Source: Candidatus Latescibacterota bacterium (GTDB taxonomy: Bacteria > Latescibacterota > UBA2968 > GCA-2709665). From it: a stretch of DNA of 64,000 nt. The notes under the pieces are model-generated. The model did not search any database. It was not told where the DNA came from and saw only the letters and a program-made list of their open reading frames with translations. The stretch covers positions 544,001 to 608,000 of the forward strand of contig CBDCOX010000002.1 of assembly GCA_965219995.1 (NCBI GenBank). The letters are read 5' to 3'. This document shows positions 20,970 through 30,066 of the stretch, in pieces (the stretch's first letter is position 1; the number at the start of each line of letters is the position of its first letter). A program made the position numbers and the translations under genes.

Positions 20970-21269
20970 TTATGAAGAGGTGTACCGAACGACGAAATCT
21001 GTCTTAAAATGGGTACTATCTGTTGAAATGATGTAGGGACTCGTGCTAGATTTGCCGTTTGTCGTGGCCTGTGTCTCATGGCAGCATTGCGGGCAGACCA
21101 CACCTTCTTGCGTCCGTACCGTCTGGGGCTGTGTCTGCTCTGCCACGACCGTCTTCCACAGACCTATCATGCCAAAGGGCTCCCAATTCGATACTTCGCC
21201 TTGGAGCCCTCGATGTCTTATTGCCATCATGTATTGCGAGACTACGATATCGTAATGAGAGTATGACAT
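20970..21269 (-). CDS. Possible small hypothetical protein or remnant
   Basis: Purine-rich RBS-like sequence before ATG; CPQC motif; no recognisable family. Confidence 0.25.
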   Translation of the reverse strand: MSYSHYDIVVSQYMMAIRHRGLQGEVSNWEPFGMIGLWKTVVAEQTQPQTVRTQEGVVCPQCCHETQATTNGKSSTSPYIISTDSTHFKTDFVVRYTSS

Positions 21270-21354
21270 TCCTATTTCCCTGGGCGGTTCAGTAGTTCGG
21301 GCACTTCGCATATGCAGTTTAGACACGCCCTTACGCGAAATACACAGACCATAA

Positions 21355-21452
21355 CCCACTGCCACTCTTGCGCAATGTTAAAGTGATCCCGGTCGACCAC
21401 GGCGCGGATCGCCCGGATACGCGAGGAATTTGAACGCGCCGAAGTCCGACCG
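21355..21452 (+). pseudogene. Diverged, internally deleted relic of the MEMO1-family gene 5' region
   Basis: Encodes PLPLLRNVKVIPVDH and ARIARIREEFERAEVRP, matching 22485-22528 and 22762-22814. Confidence 0.75.
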
Positions 21453-21460
21453 CAGATCCA

Positions 21461-21766
21461 GAATGAAAGCAAAGAGCGGCGCGTCTCCGGGCAGATGCGC
21501 CGCTCTCATTCTCGTACAGCTGGCGGTTGTCGAGAATTGGAAATCCCTGAGGAATTCCTAATAGACCATACGGTCGTCCATATTGTGCCATTCCCGAAAG
21601 ACCGGCAGCGCTGCGTCCCGCATGAACTGATGGGACGGGATTCGCCGCTCGATCCTCGGCAATTGTATCTCCCGGTAAAAGAATCCGTCGTCGAAACCGA
21701 TTTCCGCCGCGTCTTTGGCGGTATTGGCGTAGTAAATCTTCTCGATCCTTGCCCAGTAGATGGCGG
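21461..21766. repeat. 306-bp direct repeat, copy 2
   Basis: Near-identical to 18468-18773. Confidence 0.95.
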
Positions 21767-22031
21767 CCAAGCACATCGGGTATGGCTCGCAACTGGCGTA
21801 GATTCCGCACCCGATCAGGTGAAAGGCGCGGAGTCGGGACCCCGCTCTCCTTATCGCCATCATCTCCGCGTGGGCTGTGGGATCGTTGCGCGCGATCACC
21901 TCGTTGGATCCTTCCGCGACAATCCTGCCGTCCTTCACGATAACCGCGCCGAAAGGGCCGCCCCGCCGCGTCCGCATCCGGATTCGTGAGAGTTCGATCG
22001 CTCTTTCCATGAATTCACGTTGCATCACCAT
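21558..22031 (-). CDS. Nucleoside/guanine deaminase (cytidine deaminase-like fold) with an altered zinc motif
   Basis: GGPFGAVIVKDG, DPTAHAE, SCEPYPMCLAAIYWARI, IGFDD; canonical PCxxC reads PYPMC. Confidence 0.88.
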   Translation of the reverse strand: MVMQREFMERAIELSRIRMRTRRGGPFGAVIVKDGRIVAEGSNEVIARNDPTAHAEMMAIRRAGSRLRAFHLIGCGIYASCEPYPMCLAAIYWARIEKIYYANTAKDAAEIGFDDGFFYREIQLPRIERRIPSHQFMRDAALPVFREWHNMDDRMVY

Positions 22032-22451
22032 TCGCTCCTTATCATCGTCAACTGGCATGGACGTACCCCGCTATCTTGTGACTGCGATCGTCGGGCAAAC
22101 CCGTGTGGTCGATTTTCGCGTCCCCGACGCCGGAGAGCCGCCATGGTTCACCCTTACGAAGTCGAAATATCCCTGGCCTTGACAGCGACCCAGCAGAAAC
22201 CTATGTTCCTGGCGCCCCCTAATCGTGTCGTTTAAGCAAACCGGGCAAGTTAGCCTTAATTCCGCAAAAACAGCAACGCGGCGACGCGATAAAACCCTCC
22301 GAAACGGGGCGTTATCGACGTATAGAAGGACGTTTTTTCCCTTCACCGCCAGTGATCTGGTGTATCCTGGTAATCAGCCGTCTAATCACCTTTATTTACA
22401 GGCACATATTCGAATTAACGTCCCCGAAGACTTACGAATCAAGGTTAGTAT

Positions 22452-23786
22452 ATACAACAGACTAAGCCGCACGCAACCGATACTCCGCTGCCCCGCATCC
22501 GCAACGTCGAAGTGATCCCGATCGACCAGGGTGGCGAACGTATGTTCTACGTGCGCGATCCGCTGGAGATCGCCCCCCAGCCGTTGGTTCTCGGACCGGC
22601 GGGGATGTTCGTTCTGTCGCATCTGGACGGCCAACACACCATCGATCAGATTCTCGAATCCCTGCATAAAGCGCTTCCGGGTGGCGAGGTGGGGGTTGGC
22701 GAGGTCCGTCACGTGCTGGGCAAGTTGAGCGAGAGTTGCTACCTGGACGACCGAGTGTCAGCGGCGCGGATCGGCCGGATTCGCGAAGGATTCGAACAGG
22801 CCGAAGTGCGACCGGCATGGCACGCGGGAACCGCATACCCGGACGACCCCGGGGAACTCGCGGGGATGCTTGACCGGCTCTTCGCCGCGGCTTCTGCCGA
22901 AAAGGGAAAGGACGGTGTCGCGAAGGGAGACCGCGAGGCGCGGCTCGCCGCTGTCATGTGCCCGCACATCGATCTGCGGGCCGGCGGGGAAACATACCCG
23001 CCGGCGTTTACCGCACTGGCCGAGGCGGCAGGCGCCGCTCAGCCGGTTGAACTCTATGTCATTCTGGGAGTGGCCCACAGCGGCGGCACTGAACCGGGAA
23101 AGAGCTTCGCCATCGCGACCGGCAAACACTACGAAACGCCCCTCGGGCGGGCGCCGGCCGACACAAACGTAATCGGAGACTGGTCCAGCCACGCCGGTCG
23201 CGACGTCACGGAACAACAGTGGCGGCACCGAACGGAACACTCCGTCGAATTCGCACTGCTGTTTCTGCAGTATATCCAGGCCCGGGCGGAACTCCCGCCG
23301 TTTCAGGTGGTGCCGGTCCTGCTCGGAAGCGTGGATCACCACCTGAATGAAGGACGGAATCCCCTGCATTCCCCCGAGGTGGCCAACGAACTCGAGGCGC
23401 TGCGGGCGGCGGTATCTGCAAGCGGGAAGCGCGCCCTGTACGTTCTCAGCGTGGACCTCGCGCACATCGGCCCCAAATTCGGCGACCAGGCAAGGGTCGA
23501 TGATGCGGCGGCGGCCGCCTGCGAGTCGACAGACCGCGACCTGCTGGGGTACGTCCAACGATTCGATGCAGCGGGTTTCTTCCGCAAGTTGAAGGCAGAC
23601 GGAAACGCTCGAAACGTGGACGCCGTCGCCGGCCTTTTCTCCCTCCACTCGCTTCTGCCAGGCGCCGTACGCCATGGCGATCTGCTCAGCTACGGGCAGA
23701 ACCGTCAGGAGGATACCGGTTCCCTGGTCAGCTATGCCAGCATGGCCTTTTATCAGGCGCCGACGGGTTCCGCGGATTGTGCCTGA
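22452..23786 (+). CDS. AmmeMemoRadiSam system protein B (MEMO1 family)
   Basis: VRPAWHAGTAYP, PHID, LGVAH, ETPLG, EHSVE, SVDLAHIGPKFGD, VSYAS; start uncertain (ATA 22452 or GTG 22512). Confidence 0.85.
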   Translation: MQQTKPHATDTPLPRIRNVEVIPIDQGGERMFYVRDPLEIAPQPLVLGPAGMFVLSHLDGQHTIDQILESLHKALPGGEVGVGEVRHVLGKLSESCYLDDRVSAARIGRIREGFEQAEVRPAWHAGTAYPDDPGELAGMLDRLFAAASAEKGKDGVAKGDREARLAAVMCPHIDLRAGGETYPPAFTALAEAAGAAQPVELYVILGVAHSGGTEPGKSFAIATGKHYETPLGRAPADTNVIGDWSSHAGRDVTEQQWRHRTEHSVEFALLFLQYIQARAELPPFQVVPVLLGSVDHHLNEGRNPLHSPEVANELEALRAAVSASGKRALYVLSVDLAHIGPKFGDQARVDDAAAAACESTDRDLLGYVQRFDAAGFFRKLKADGNARNVDAVAGLFSLHSLLPGAVRHGDLLSYGQNRQEDTGSLVSYASMAFYQAPTGSADCA

Positions 23787-23875
23787 GCCATCGGGCCCTC
23801 TCGCCCCTCCTTTCTTGTTTCTCGCATCGACCATTCTTGGGCGTTATATTACACCTGCTGCGTAACATTCTATGG

Positions 23876-24117
23876 TGAATTATTCACGAAAACCCATGGT
23901 TTTGATGTATAACGGGTTGTTTTTCAATAAATCCAGCGAAGTAGTATGCGACAGCATTTCATGCATTACGAAATTGATTGGTCAGGGTGATGTTTCGTAG
24001 CCGACCGAGGTAAGTATCCATCGGCTTGGCCCGGAATCGTGAGTATTTGTCCTGCTCTTGGTCTTTATCCTGTTCATCCTGTCCATCCATGTTAGTTCAT
24101 GTTTAGTGAATTATTCA
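23876..24117 (+). repeat. 242-bp MITE-like element, copy 1
   Basis: Both ends read TGAATTATTCA; inverted homolog at 31341-31582. Confidence 0.85.
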
Positions 24118-24141
24118 GGCTATCGTCCAGGAGGCCGAGAA

Positions 24142-24990
24142 ATGTCCCGGAAGTGGCTGCGCGTCGCCGCGGTTCAGATGCACGCCGGCGAAGACATCGA
24201 GAAAAACGCGGACGGCATTGTCGACCGGCTGGCTGCCTGCGCCCGTGAAAACGTGGACGTCGCCGCATTCCACGAAGGCGTCCTGTTCGGCTATTGCGAC
24301 CGACCCGACTTCTGGACGCAGCGCAATCAGGCCCGCATCGAGAACGCCGAAAGGAAGATCGTCCACGCCTGCCGAGAAGGGAATATTGCGGCAATCGTCG
24401 GTTCGACCCATCTGGATGGCGGAAAACGTTTCAATAGCCTGCTCGTCGTAGACCGGGACGGCACGGTTAAGGGACGCTATGGCAAGATCCACCTTGCGGA
24501 CGAGCGCTGGTTCGAGCCCTCCCAGCACCTCCCCATCTACCGGCTGTGCGGCGTTCCGTGTTGTTTTCTGATCTGTCACGATATTCGCTATCCCGAACTC
24601 GTGCGGCTGCCCGCAGCAGCCGGCGCCGAGGTCTGCTTCTTCTGCAGTTGTGAGAGCTCCGTCACTTCGGAGTATAAATTGTCCGCGTACCGGGCGATGC
24701 CCATCAGCCGCGCGACCGAGAACGGGATTTACGTCGTGATGGCCAATGCGCCGGCCGATCCGTCGGATATCGACCGCGCGGGGTCTTCGCATGGTGAATC
24801 GAAGATCATCCATCCGGACGGCAACGTGATGGCGGAAGCCGGCATGTTCACCGACGAGATCGTCATCCGCAGGCTGGATCTGCGCCTGGCATCGCGAAAT
24901 ATCGCGATACGCGCCGTCAACGATGTCACGTGCATCAGCGACTGGATGAAGGACGGCGTGAGGCTTGTTGAGGGGGGAAACGCGCGATGA
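24142..24990 (+). CDS. Carbon-nitrogen hydrolase (nitrilase superfamily)
   Basis: VAAVQM; E-K-C triad in FHEG, YGKIHL, ICHD; GESKIIHPDG. Confidence 0.9.
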   Translation: MSRKWLRVAAVQMHAGEDIEKNADGIVDRLAACARENVDVAAFHEGVLFGYCDRPDFWTQRNQARIENAERKIVHACREGNIAAIVGSTHLDGGKRFNSLLVVDRDGTVKGRYGKIHLADERWFEPSQHLPIYRLCGVPCCFLICHDIRYPELVRLPAAAGAEVCFFCSCESSVTSEYKLSAYRAMPISRATENGIYVVMANAPADPSDIDRAGSSHGESKIIHPDGNVMAEAGMFTDEIVIRRLDLRLASRNIAIRAVNDVTCISDWMKDGVRLVEGGNAR

Positions 24991-25018
24991 GTCGATTCAA
25001 TCAGCCGGAGGCGTATGG

Positions 25019-26476
25019 ATGAGAGGAACCCGACCGAACATCCTGTGGATCTGTACGGACCAGCAGCGGTACGATACCATCGGCGCCCTGGGGAATCCCC
25101 ACGTCGACACGCCCAATATAAATCGCCTGGTCGCCGATGGGTTCGCGTTTACGCACGCGTACTGCCAGAGCCCGATCTGCACGCCCAGCCGCGCGAGTTT
25201 CCTGACCGGCCAGTACGCGAGCGCCGTCCACGTGAACGGCAATGGGAATTCACATTTTCCGGATGCGCCTCCCCTCGTCACGAAGTTGCTTGCCGACAGC
25301 GGCTACGATTGCGGCCTGATCGGCAAGTTGCATCTGTCCAGCGCGTTCGGGCGCGTGGAAGCGCGTGTTGATGACGGGTACCGGTACTGGCAATACAGCC
25401 ACGCGCCGCGGGACGACTGGGAGACCGGACACGACTACGCAGACTGGGTACGGTCGAAGGGAGAGGTGCTGGGTGAGTTGACGAAAAGCCTGGACGGTGT
25501 GCCAGCGGCATTGCACCAGACGACCTGGTGTGCGGAAAAAACCATCGACTTCATGAGCGAAGCACGTGAAGGACCCTGGTTGGCCTCCGTCAATATCTAC
25601 GACCCGCATCCGCCGTTCAACCCGCCGAAAGCGTACCGCGACCTGTTCGATCCGGAACAGGTAGGCGACCCACTGTTCAGGGAAAGCGACCTGGCGCAGC
25701 AGGAGAAGCTGGAGGCCATCGACTTTCAGTCCAAAGGGCGGCATCCGAGTGAACTGGACATCAAGAGCCCCGTGATCCCCTGGACGCAGACTCGTGGCCT
25801 GGTCGAGCCGGAGACGACCGGAAAACGGGACGCCAGGACGCTCATCGCCGCGTACTACGCGATGATCAAGCTGGTCGACGATCAACTCGGGCGGATCATC
25901 GCCGCGCTGGAAGCCACAGGCCAGCGCGAGAACACACTGGTCATCTTCACCAGCGATCACGGGGAGATGCTGGGAGACCACGGGCTGATTCAGAAGGGGT
26001 GCCGGTTCTACGAAGGGCTGGTGCGGGTGCCGCTGATTTTCTCCTGGCCGAATCATGTGAAATCGGGGCAGAGAAGCGACGCGCTCGTCGAACTGCGCGA
26101 CGTCGCCCCGCTCCTGCTGGAACTGGGGGGCTTGCCGGTGCCCGATCGGATGCAGGCGCGTTCATTGGTTCCCATGCTCAGCGGCAAAAGGTCACCCGGC
26201 GAACACCGCGAATTCGTTCGTTGCGAGTTTTACGACGCCCTGGACCAGGCCGACGGGACCTTCGCCACCATGTACCGCGACCGCCGGTACAAGCTCGTGG
26301 TCTATCACGGGCACGGCCTGGGCGAACTGTATGACCTCGAGGAGGATCCCGGCGAGTTTGACAATCTCTGGGACAACCCCGATCACGCCCACGTCAAACT
26401 CGACCTGATGCAACGCAGCTTCGACGCCTCCATGCTCGCCATGGACCGAGGCCCCGACCGCATCGGACCGATGTGA
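25019..26476 (+). CDS. Sulfatase-like hydrolase (Cys-type)
   Basis: PNILWICTDQQR, CTPSRAS (CxPxR), GKLH, TSDHGEMLGDH. Confidence 0.93.
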   Translation: MRGTRPNILWICTDQQRYDTIGALGNPHVDTPNINRLVADGFAFTHAYCQSPICTPSRASFLTGQYASAVHVNGNGNSHFPDAPPLVTKLLADSGYDCGLIGKLHLSSAFGRVEARVDDGYRYWQYSHAPRDDWETGHDYADWVRSKGEVLGELTKSLDGVPAALHQTTWCAEKTIDFMSEAREGPWLASVNIYDPHPPFNPPKAYRDLFDPEQVGDPLFRESDLAQQEKLEAIDFQSKGRHPSELDIKSPVIPWTQTRGLVEPETTGKRDARTLIAAYYAMIKLVDDQLGRIIAALEATGQRENTLVIFTSDHGEMLGDHGLIQKGCRFYEGLVRVPLIFSWPNHVKSGQRSDALVELRDVAPLLLELGGLPVPDRMQARSLVPMLSGKRSPGEHREFVRCEFYDALDQADGTFATMYRDRRYKLVVYHGHGLGELYDLEEDPGEFDNLWDNPDHAHVKLDLMQRSFDASMLAMDRGPDRIGPM

Positions 26477-26848
26477 GGGAGGGGATGGAGAGACCGACTG
26501 GTTCGTCCGGCGAGAAGTTGCTCGTATCTGAGGGTGACCGGTAAGTTGGTCTGGAAAAACCACAACGCTCTGTGAAAGATTCTTGCATTTCAGGAGTATC
26601 AAATTGGAAAACGGCACCGTGTCGCAAGCAAGTCGTCACGATCTTTCGTGTCTTAAAATGGGGTCCTGTATCGGCTCACACCCGCAATCATCGTCTAACC
26701 GTATCGTTTCTCGAATCTGAGAAATCCAACGGGTACGCTTATTGCGGTACATGAACCATCCAACACTTACCGAGTAGGCTTGAGGTCGACTGCCACAGGC
26801 CTGCAATGTTGCTCGCTGTTCAGCAATTCCAGTGGAGGATGGTTCAAT

Positions 26849-28948
26849 ATGACTGAGAAATCAGATGCTCTCGATCTGCTCAGGCTGGCGACGGATGAAC
26901 GGGCCCTCGATTTCAGACAGGGCCAATGGGAAGCCATCGACGCTCTGGTGAACAGGAGGTCGCGACTGCTTGTTGTCGAGCGGACAGGATGGGGCAAGAG
27001 TTCGGTCTACTTCATCGCGACACGCATACTGCGCAACCGCGGGCGCGGACCGACACTGATTGTCTCTCCTCTCCTCGCCCTGATGCGAAATCAGATCGAC
27101 GCTGCGGATCGCCTGGGGATCCGCGCGCTGACGATCAATTCAGCAAACAGAGAGGACTGGCCGGAAGTTCGGCGTGCCATCCGGGTGGATGAGGTTGATG
27201 CGCTTCTGATTTCACCCGAACGGCTGTCGAACGACGAATTCGTCGTAACCGTCCTGTTGACAATTGCCGAGCGAATTGGATTAATGGTCGTGGACGAGGC
27301 GCATTGCATATCTGATTGGGGTCACGATTTCCGCCCCGACTACAGGCGTCTCGTACGAATATTGCAGAGAATTCCTGACAATGTGCCGATTCTGGGTACG
27401 ACAGCGACGGCAAACGATCGTGTTGTTGAGGATGTGCGGGCGCAGCTTGGCGATTTGGATGTACAACGCGGGCCCCTTGTGCGTCGAACACTTGCACTTC
27501 AAAAGATGCGGTTGCCTTCGCAGGTGGAGCGACTGGCATGGTTGGCGGATCACATCGATTCTTTGCCTGGAACGGGAATCATCTATACCCTGACCAGGCG
27601 CGACGCGAACCACGTTGCAGACTGGCTGCAGATTCGCGGCATTTCAGCGAAAGCGTACTACAGTGGCGTGGTGGATGCCGACTTCGGTGGCTCGAATGCC
27701 TATCGTCTGCACCTTGAAAAAAAGCTGCTTCGCAATGAGATTAAGGCACTGGTGGCCACTACGGCGCTTGGGATGGGATACGACAAGCCGGATCTGGGTT
27801 TCGTGGTCCATTACCAGGCGCCGGGCTCGATTGTCGCCTATTACCAACAGGTTGGTCGAGCGGGTCGTGCCACTGAGTCCGCGATTGGAATATTGATGTC
27901 CGGAGATGAGGACGCGGTCATTCATGAGTTTTTTCGGCGAAGTTCCTTTCCGGAGGAAGAGTGGATAATCGAGATACTTGGGGCCTTGGAAGATAGCGAT
28001 GGCCTACGCGTCCGCCAACTCGAGGAGGCAGTTAACCTGATGCGCGGTCAAATTGATCAGGCGCTCAAATTTCTGTCTGTAAACGACCCCGCACCCGTTA
28101 TCAAATCAGGTTCCAGTTGGCAACGAACCCCGGTTCATTATCAGATGGACCGTGAACAGATCCGCAGACTTACGGAAAAACGTGAGATCGAGTGGCAGGA
28201 GGTGCAGGAATACATCGAAGAAGACAGGTGCCTTATGTTATTCCTCACACGTGCACTTGATGACGTGGACCCCCAACCCTGTGGCAAGTGTGCTTCATGC
28301 CTCCGCAGACCTCTCGTCCAGGTGTCTTTTCAACGCGAGACAGCGATTGCGGCTGCCCGTTTCCTTCGTCAATCCGAGTTTGCCCTGGAATGCAACAGGC
28401 AAGTTGCACGGGATGGGTTCCCGGAGTACGGTTTTCGCGGAAATCTGTCCGGCGATCTTCGTGCCGAAACGGGACGAATCCTCTCCCGATGGGGCGACGC
28501 CGGCTGGGGACAACGGGTCGCCGATTGCAAGCACGGTGGCCACTTTAGCAACGACCTTGTGGCTGCGGTCGTGGAGATGATCAACGATCGTTGGAAGCCA
28601 TCGCCGACCCCGAAATGGGTCACGTGCGTCCCGTCCCGAAACCATCCGGACCTCGTCCCTGACTTCGCGAAGCGGTTGGCGGCGGCATTGGGATTGCCAT
28701 TCAGGCCGATCGTAGAAAAGGTAAAGGTCAACGAACCGCAAAAGCTGCAGCAGAACAGGTACCATCAGTGCAGGAACCTCGATGGCGTATTCGCGATCCA
28801 CGGCTCTGTCCAGGGAGGTCCGGTTCTTCTGGTCGACGACGTCGTCGACTCCGGATGGACGTTGACTGTCATCGCAGCGTTGCTTCGAATGGCCGGCAGC
28901 GGTCCCGTTTGGCCGCTGGCTCTATCGACGACAAGAATGGCAGCTTGA
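26849..28948 (+). CDS. RecQ-like helicase with a C-terminal phosphoribosyltransferase-like domain (RqlH-like)
   Basis: TGWGKS, DEAHCISDWGHDFRPDY, QQVGRAGR, CGKCASC; PRT motif VLLVDDVVDSGWT. Confidence 0.9.
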   Translation: MTEKSDALDLLRLATDERALDFRQGQWEAIDALVNRRSRLLVVERTGWGKSSVYFIATRILRNRGRGPTLIVSPLLALMRNQIDAADRLGIRALTINSANREDWPEVRRAIRVDEVDALLISPERLSNDEFVVTVLLTIAERIGLMVVDEAHCISDWGHDFRPDYRRLVRILQRIPDNVPILGTTATANDRVVEDVRAQLGDLDVQRGPLVRRTLALQKMRLPSQVERLAWLADHIDSLPGTGIIYTLTRRDANHVADWLQIRGISAKAYYSGVVDADFGGSNAYRLHLEKKLLRNEIKALVATTALGMGYDKPDLGFVVHYQAPGSIVAYYQQVGRAGRATESAIGILMSGDEDAVIHEFFRRSSFPEEEWIIEILGALEDSDGLRVRQLEEAVNLMRGQIDQALKFLSVNDPAPVIKSGSSWQRTPVHYQMDREQIRRLTEKREIEWQEVQEYIEEDRCLMLFLTRALDDVDPQPCGKCASCLRRPLVQVSFQRETAIAAARFLRQSEFALECNRQVARDGFPEYGFRGNLSGDLRAETGRILSRWGDAGWGQRVADCKHGGHFSNDLVAAVVEMINDRWKPSPTPKWVTCVPSRNHPDLVPDFAKRLAAALGLPFRPIVEKVKVNEPQKLQQNRYHQCRNLDGVFAIHGSVQGGPVLLVDDVVDSGWTLTVIAALLRMAGSGPVWPLALSTTRMAA

Positions 28949-28949
28949 T

Positions 28950-29909
28950 ATGAATCTGGATTCCCATACCCAGGTGGTGATGCTTCTCACGGTTTCGTTT
29001 GGAAGATCCGAAGGGGCGACGGCGAAACCACTTTCGCCGAGAGAGTGGGCCCGCCTCGCGGCCTGGCTGAAGGATCGCAAGCTGGATGCGTCGGCCTTGT
29101 TGAAGGGTGAATTGAAGAACGAGCTCTTGGGTTGGATGGATCGTTCGATTACGCTGGCCAGACTCGAGAGCCTGATGGATCGTGGTGGGGCGTTCGGTCT
29201 GTCGCTCGAGAGATGGCAGCGTGCGGGTCTGTGGGTCGTGGCTCAATCCGATCCGGAGTATCCGGTACAATTGAAACGCCGGCTTCGGCTGGAGTCTCCA
29301 CCGGTGCTGTTCGGCTGCGGAAACAGGATGCTGCTTCCGCACGGCGGCATCGCCGTCGTCGGCTCCCGAAATGCCGGCCGAACGGACCTTACTTTCGCGG
29401 AGAGACTGGGCGCCGCCACCGCCCGGCAGGGACATACGATCATATCGGGCGGGGCCCGCGGGGTCGACCAGAGTGCAATGTTGAGCGCATTGGAGAGCGG
29501 AGGCACTGCCGTCGGCGTTCTGGCGGACAGTCTGATCCGGGCGGCGACATCTGCGAAGTACCGCAAGTTTCTTGTTTCACGTGACCTGGTGCTGGTAACC
29601 CCTTTCAATCCGGAAGCGGGTTTCAATGTCGGCAACGCGATGGGCCGAAACCGGTACATCTATTGCCTGTCCGCGGCTGGAATCGTGGTCAGCAGTACGC
29701 CGAACCGGGGGGGAACGTGGAACGGCGCGCTCGAAAACCTGAAAGCCGGCTGGGTTCCCCTCTGGGTGAAACGCACGGAAAACAGGAAATCAGGCAATGC
29801 AAGTCTTGTTGAGAGGGGCGCACGGTGGATTCCTGACAAATTAGAGTCGCTCGACGACTTAATGCGCGATTCGACGTCCGGGCCCGCTGCAGCGCCCCGG
29901 CTTTTTTAA
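28950..29909 (+). CDS. DprA/SMF-like protein (RqlI-like)
   Basis: YP..L, PPVLFGCG, AVVGSR, ISGGARGVD, AMGRNRYI, GGTW; starts 1 bp after the helicase stop. Confidence 0.88.
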   Translation: MNLDSHTQVVMLLTVSFGRSEGATAKPLSPREWARLAAWLKDRKLDASALLKGELKNELLGWMDRSITLARLESLMDRGGAFGLSLERWQRAGLWVVAQSDPEYPVQLKRRLRLESPPVLFGCGNRMLLPHGGIAVVGSRNAGRTDLTFAERLGAATARQGHTIISGGARGVDQSAMLSALESGGTAVGVLADSLIRAATSAKYRKFLVSRDLVLVTPFNPEAGFNVGNAMGRNRYIYCLSAAGIVVSSTPNRGGTWNGALENLKAGWVPLWVKRTENRKSGNASLVERGARWIPDKLESLDDLMRDSTSGPAAAPRLF

Positions 29910-30066
29910 CGCAACAGCGAATCCTTCCCTCTTCTCAATGCGGCCAACCTCCAGGATTCTCAATTCGCCCCCAGCCGGAAATTGACACATCTTACCGATG
30001 CGGTCGCGTGCCGGAGTGGCAATCGAACCTCGCTTGCCTCAGGTAGCGCGAGGCAACGGTCCGCCG

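Larger units (their letters stand above)
18774..21460. mobile_element. AT-richer genomic islet between direct repeats; no integrase visible
   Basis: Abrupt compositional shift, flanking 306-bp repeats, nuclease and nucleotidyltransferase cargo. Confidence 0.7.

Noticed and set aside
24058-24141. Hydrophobic N-terminal extension of the nitrilase
   Set aside because: It derives from the 242-bp element; the GGAGG RBS supports ATG 24142
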